A stretch of 64,000 nt of DNA from positions 63,798,001-63,862,000 of the forward strand of contig JBITNC010000001.1 in the NCBI GenBank assembly GCA_050084985.1. Direction: 5' to 3'. The notes beneath the pieces are model-generated. The model was not told the origin of the DNA and made no database searches. It worked only from the letters and a program-made list of their open reading frames with translations. The position numbers were made by a program, and so were the translations under genes. Of this stretch, positions 61,101 to 64,000 are shown one piece after another (position 1 is the first letter of the stretch; each line of letters starts with the position of its first letter). This DNA is from Nageia nagi. Lineage: Eukaryota > Plantae > Pinophyta.

Positions 61101-63720
61101 ACTAAATGCTGGATTCTCAGGTTTGATGGATCTAGATCCAAGATGGGTGGAGGAGCCGGAATTGAACTCCAAAACCCAAAGGGTAAGAGATATCAAGCTT
61201 CTTTCAGACTCGAATTTCCTTGCACTTGCAACTCAGCAGAATATGAAGCTTTAGTCCAAGGCATGAGGATGGCACTAGCGAAAGGTGTTGAAAACTTGCT
61301 AGTGATGGGAGATTCGAAACTAGTCGTCCGACAGATTAAAGGCCAGTAGGAGTGTAAGGAAGACCTCCTCGCTCAGTACAGAGCACGAACATTGAGCCTT
61401 ATTGAAGATTTCAAGGCTTTCAACATCAAGACAGTGCCTAGAAGATAGAATGTTGTGGCAAACTCATTGGTAGTGGTAGCTAGTACTTTTCAACCTCCGG
61501 AGAATAGCAAGTTAAAAAGATTCACTATTCAAATGTTGTATTCACCTTCTGTGCCAGACAACATCGGGGCAATTCAGATTTTTGATGATGACAAACAGAT
61601 TGAGAACTTCATGGCTAGTAAAGGAGTTTTTACCTCTCAGTGTATAGAAGACGAAAATACTAACAAAGATGAAGGTCATCTGGAGGATGACAATGATGAG
61701 TACATGAATGGCATCCTCCAGCTGAAAACAAATAAGCTTCCAAGGGGAATCATTTATCTTGAGAGATTGTTCAATCAAGATGTTATACAGAAGAATAGAC
61801 CCAAGGAGCATATTGATGTTGAGGAGACGGAGAAAATAAATTTGGGGACAGATCAAGACCCCCAGTACATACTCATTGGCAAATCTTGCCAAGGCAAGCT
61901 TAGAGAAGAGATTATTAAAGCTTGCCAAGAATACATTGACGTGATCGCCTGCACCTATGAACAGCTCAAAACTTATAATCCAAGGATAATCACACATACT
62001 ATACCTTTGAAGCCGGGAGCCAGACCCTTCAAACAGAAATAGAGGGTGTTAAATCCTTTGTTAGAACCCATGGTCTTCTAAGAAGTCCAAAAATTGTTCA
62101 AATTGGGAATTATTATCCCGGTTAGACATTCTACATGGGTCACCAACATTGCCCTTGTCCGGAAGAATTTTGGGGAGATAAGGGTGTGCATTGATTTCCG
62201 GCATCTTAATTAGGCCTCTGAGAAGGACAACTACCAACTTCCATCACTCAATGAAGTCCTTCAGATGGTGAATGATGCCCAGATGATGTCCTTCTTAGAT
62301 GGGTACTCCGGTTACAACCAAGTCCTGGTGGATGAGAAGGATAGATTGAAGACCGCCTTCCCCACCAAGTGGGGAACATTCGCATAAAGTCGTATGCCAT
62401 TTGGATTTATAAACATCGGTGCCACATTTTAGAGGGCCATGGACTTCGCATTCAAGGGGATGGTAGGCAAGAATATTGTCATCTACATGGATGACTTGAC
62501 TGTGTATTCCAAGGACTTGAACGACCATTCACAACATTTAAGAAAAATCTTCCAAAGATGCTGAGAATTTGGAATATCCCTCAACCCCAAGAAATGCATA
62601 TTCGGAGTCACCAAGGGAAGGTTGTTGGGTCACATCATCTTAGACAAGGGAATTTCTATCGATCCTGAGGGGGTAATAGCCATTAAAAAAATTTCTTTCC
62701 CATGCACTTTGAAAGAACTCAGATCTTTCATAGGGAAGATCAATTTTGTCCGTAAGTTCATCTTGGGGTATGCTAAGATTGTGAAACCCCTGACATCAAT
62801 GATGAAGGATGCCAAGATAAAATGGACAAATGGGGCAAAGAAAGCCTTTCATGATATCAAAAAGGCTATCACCAAAGCACCGGTCCTCACCAGCTCAGAT
62901 TATAAGAAAGCCTTCTATCTATATTCTTTTGCCTCGGAACATTCAGTAGTTGGGGTGTTGACTTAGAAAGATGATGAAGAGAGAGAGAAGCCCATTGCAT
63001 TCATGAGTGCCCTATTAAAAGACGATGTTTTTAATTATCCCATGTTAGATAAGCAGGCATATGCCTTGGTTCGAGCAGTGAAGAAGTTCCACCACTATAT
63101 CTTGCGCAGTCCTATAATTGCTGTAGTACCTGACCCAGCTATTAAGAATTTGCTCTCATAGCAAGAGTTAGGGGTTCAGAAGGGCAATTGGGTGTCTACT
63201 TTGCAAGAGTTTGATTTGACCATCCAGCCGATGAAAATTATAAGAGGTCAAGGACTCTCTCAAACCCTTGCATCCTGTCAAGATGAAAAGACATCTGAGT
63301 TTCTAAACAACAACACAGGTTCAACTTCAAATGTTTTGCAGATTTCTACTTCACCTCAGTCTTGGTATACTGAGGTTGTACAATACATTACCTTGGGAGA
63401 ATACCCTCCCAAATTTGTCTCAGCTCAGAAAAGAGCCTTAAGGTATAAAGCGGCCAAGTTTATAATTAGAGAAGGGGTCCTCCACAAGATGAATTTCCAT
63501 GGATTGTACTTAAGATGCCTAAAAAAGAAGGAAGCCCACAAAATTCTTGAAGAGTTTCATAACAAGGAGGGTGAAACCGGCCATGCACCAGGAAATGCTT
63601 TGGCTCACTAAATATTGCATGCTGGTTACTATTGGCTGTACCTGTTCAGAGATGCCCACCAATATGCCAAGACCTGTCACGATTGTCAGACCGCACCTGG
63701 GAGAGAGAAACCCTAACTCC
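58165..63720 (+). pseudogene. Decayed gag-pol (gag, PR, aRH, RT, RH, partial INT)
   Basis: ORF pieces 58165-58458, 58939-59484, 59875-60168, 60178-60603, 60600-61349, 61455-62042, 62622-62966 and 63192-63611; many in-frame stops. Confidence 0.9.
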
Positions 63721-63752
63721 TTTTATACCACAATTCAAGGAGATAATAAATC

Positions 63753-64000
63753 CTAGCTGTTACAATCTACAATCTGCCCATCCAATATTTTTGATGCAAA
63801 ACTGCTCTTAACATACTCTGCCAAAATTTTTGCCTTCCAATGTGCATTTACATCAGTCAGAACATGAAACGAAGGGTTTATGGATAGTGCATGAGCTGTT
63901 GTATTAGCTTTTCCCTTCACGAACTGAATTTGGAAATCATAGACCTGCAACTTAGAGACCCACTTCTGTTGTCTATCGCTTAATTCTCTCTGTCCAAGGA
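63753..64000 (-). mobile_element. Chromovirus-type pol fragment (end of RNase H) in opposite orientation, running off the window
   Basis: KWVSKLQVYDFQIQFVKGKANTTAHALSINPSF...WKAKILAEY resembles [21 protein letters not shown] at about 46530-46690. Confidence 0.8.

Larger units (their letters stand above)
55572..63745 (+). mobile_element. Ty3/Gypsy Tat element (TatII-type domain order), 3'-truncated, element C
   Basis: 5' LTR 55572-58088; tRNA-Asn PBS; gag (EHEDVACGMFPSTLEGRARDWY; WCRIHNVAHSEVTC knuckle); protease (MMDSSVGANIMP); additional RNase H (FDGS..NSAEYEAL..GDS) before RT (FLDGYSGYNQV, YMDDL); then RH and the INT N-terminus. Confidence 0.9.

Overview
Plant nuclear DNA, most likely a conifer/gymnosperm (inferred from the giant TE-filled introns and a TatII-type retrotransposon). 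The whole window lies inside one + strand gene, ACTIN-RELATED PROTEIN 9 (ARP9, the plant counterpart of INO80-complex Arp8). Eleven coding exons splice in frame (1-49 partial, 10945-11034, 11283-11333, 29821-29952, 30624-30713, 40411-40484, 40646-40848, 41232-41275, 41382-41431, 53738-53783, 54823-54873). One intron is GC-AG and five are about 9-18 kb. The 5' exons and last exon lie outside the window. The large introns hold nested LTR retrotransposons (mostly solo LTRs), a hAT remnant, a LINE remnant and MITE-like pieces. The most unusual signal is a family of Tat-like LTRs that start with a TGTTGTG..CACAACA hairpin. Two members are giant TSD-bounded solo LTRs (8.0 kb, and 7.3 kb after removing a nested insert). 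Each carries a homologous, decayed ~1,100-1,200-codon non-gag/pol gene with its own upstream TATA box, ahead of the normal LTR promoter. Every family member also carries an upstream array of subfamily-specific inverted repeats with GCGC arms. A 2.5-kb member heads a TatII element (tRNA-Asn PBS; gag-PR-aRH-RT-RH-INT). All boundaries and alignments were made by eye.
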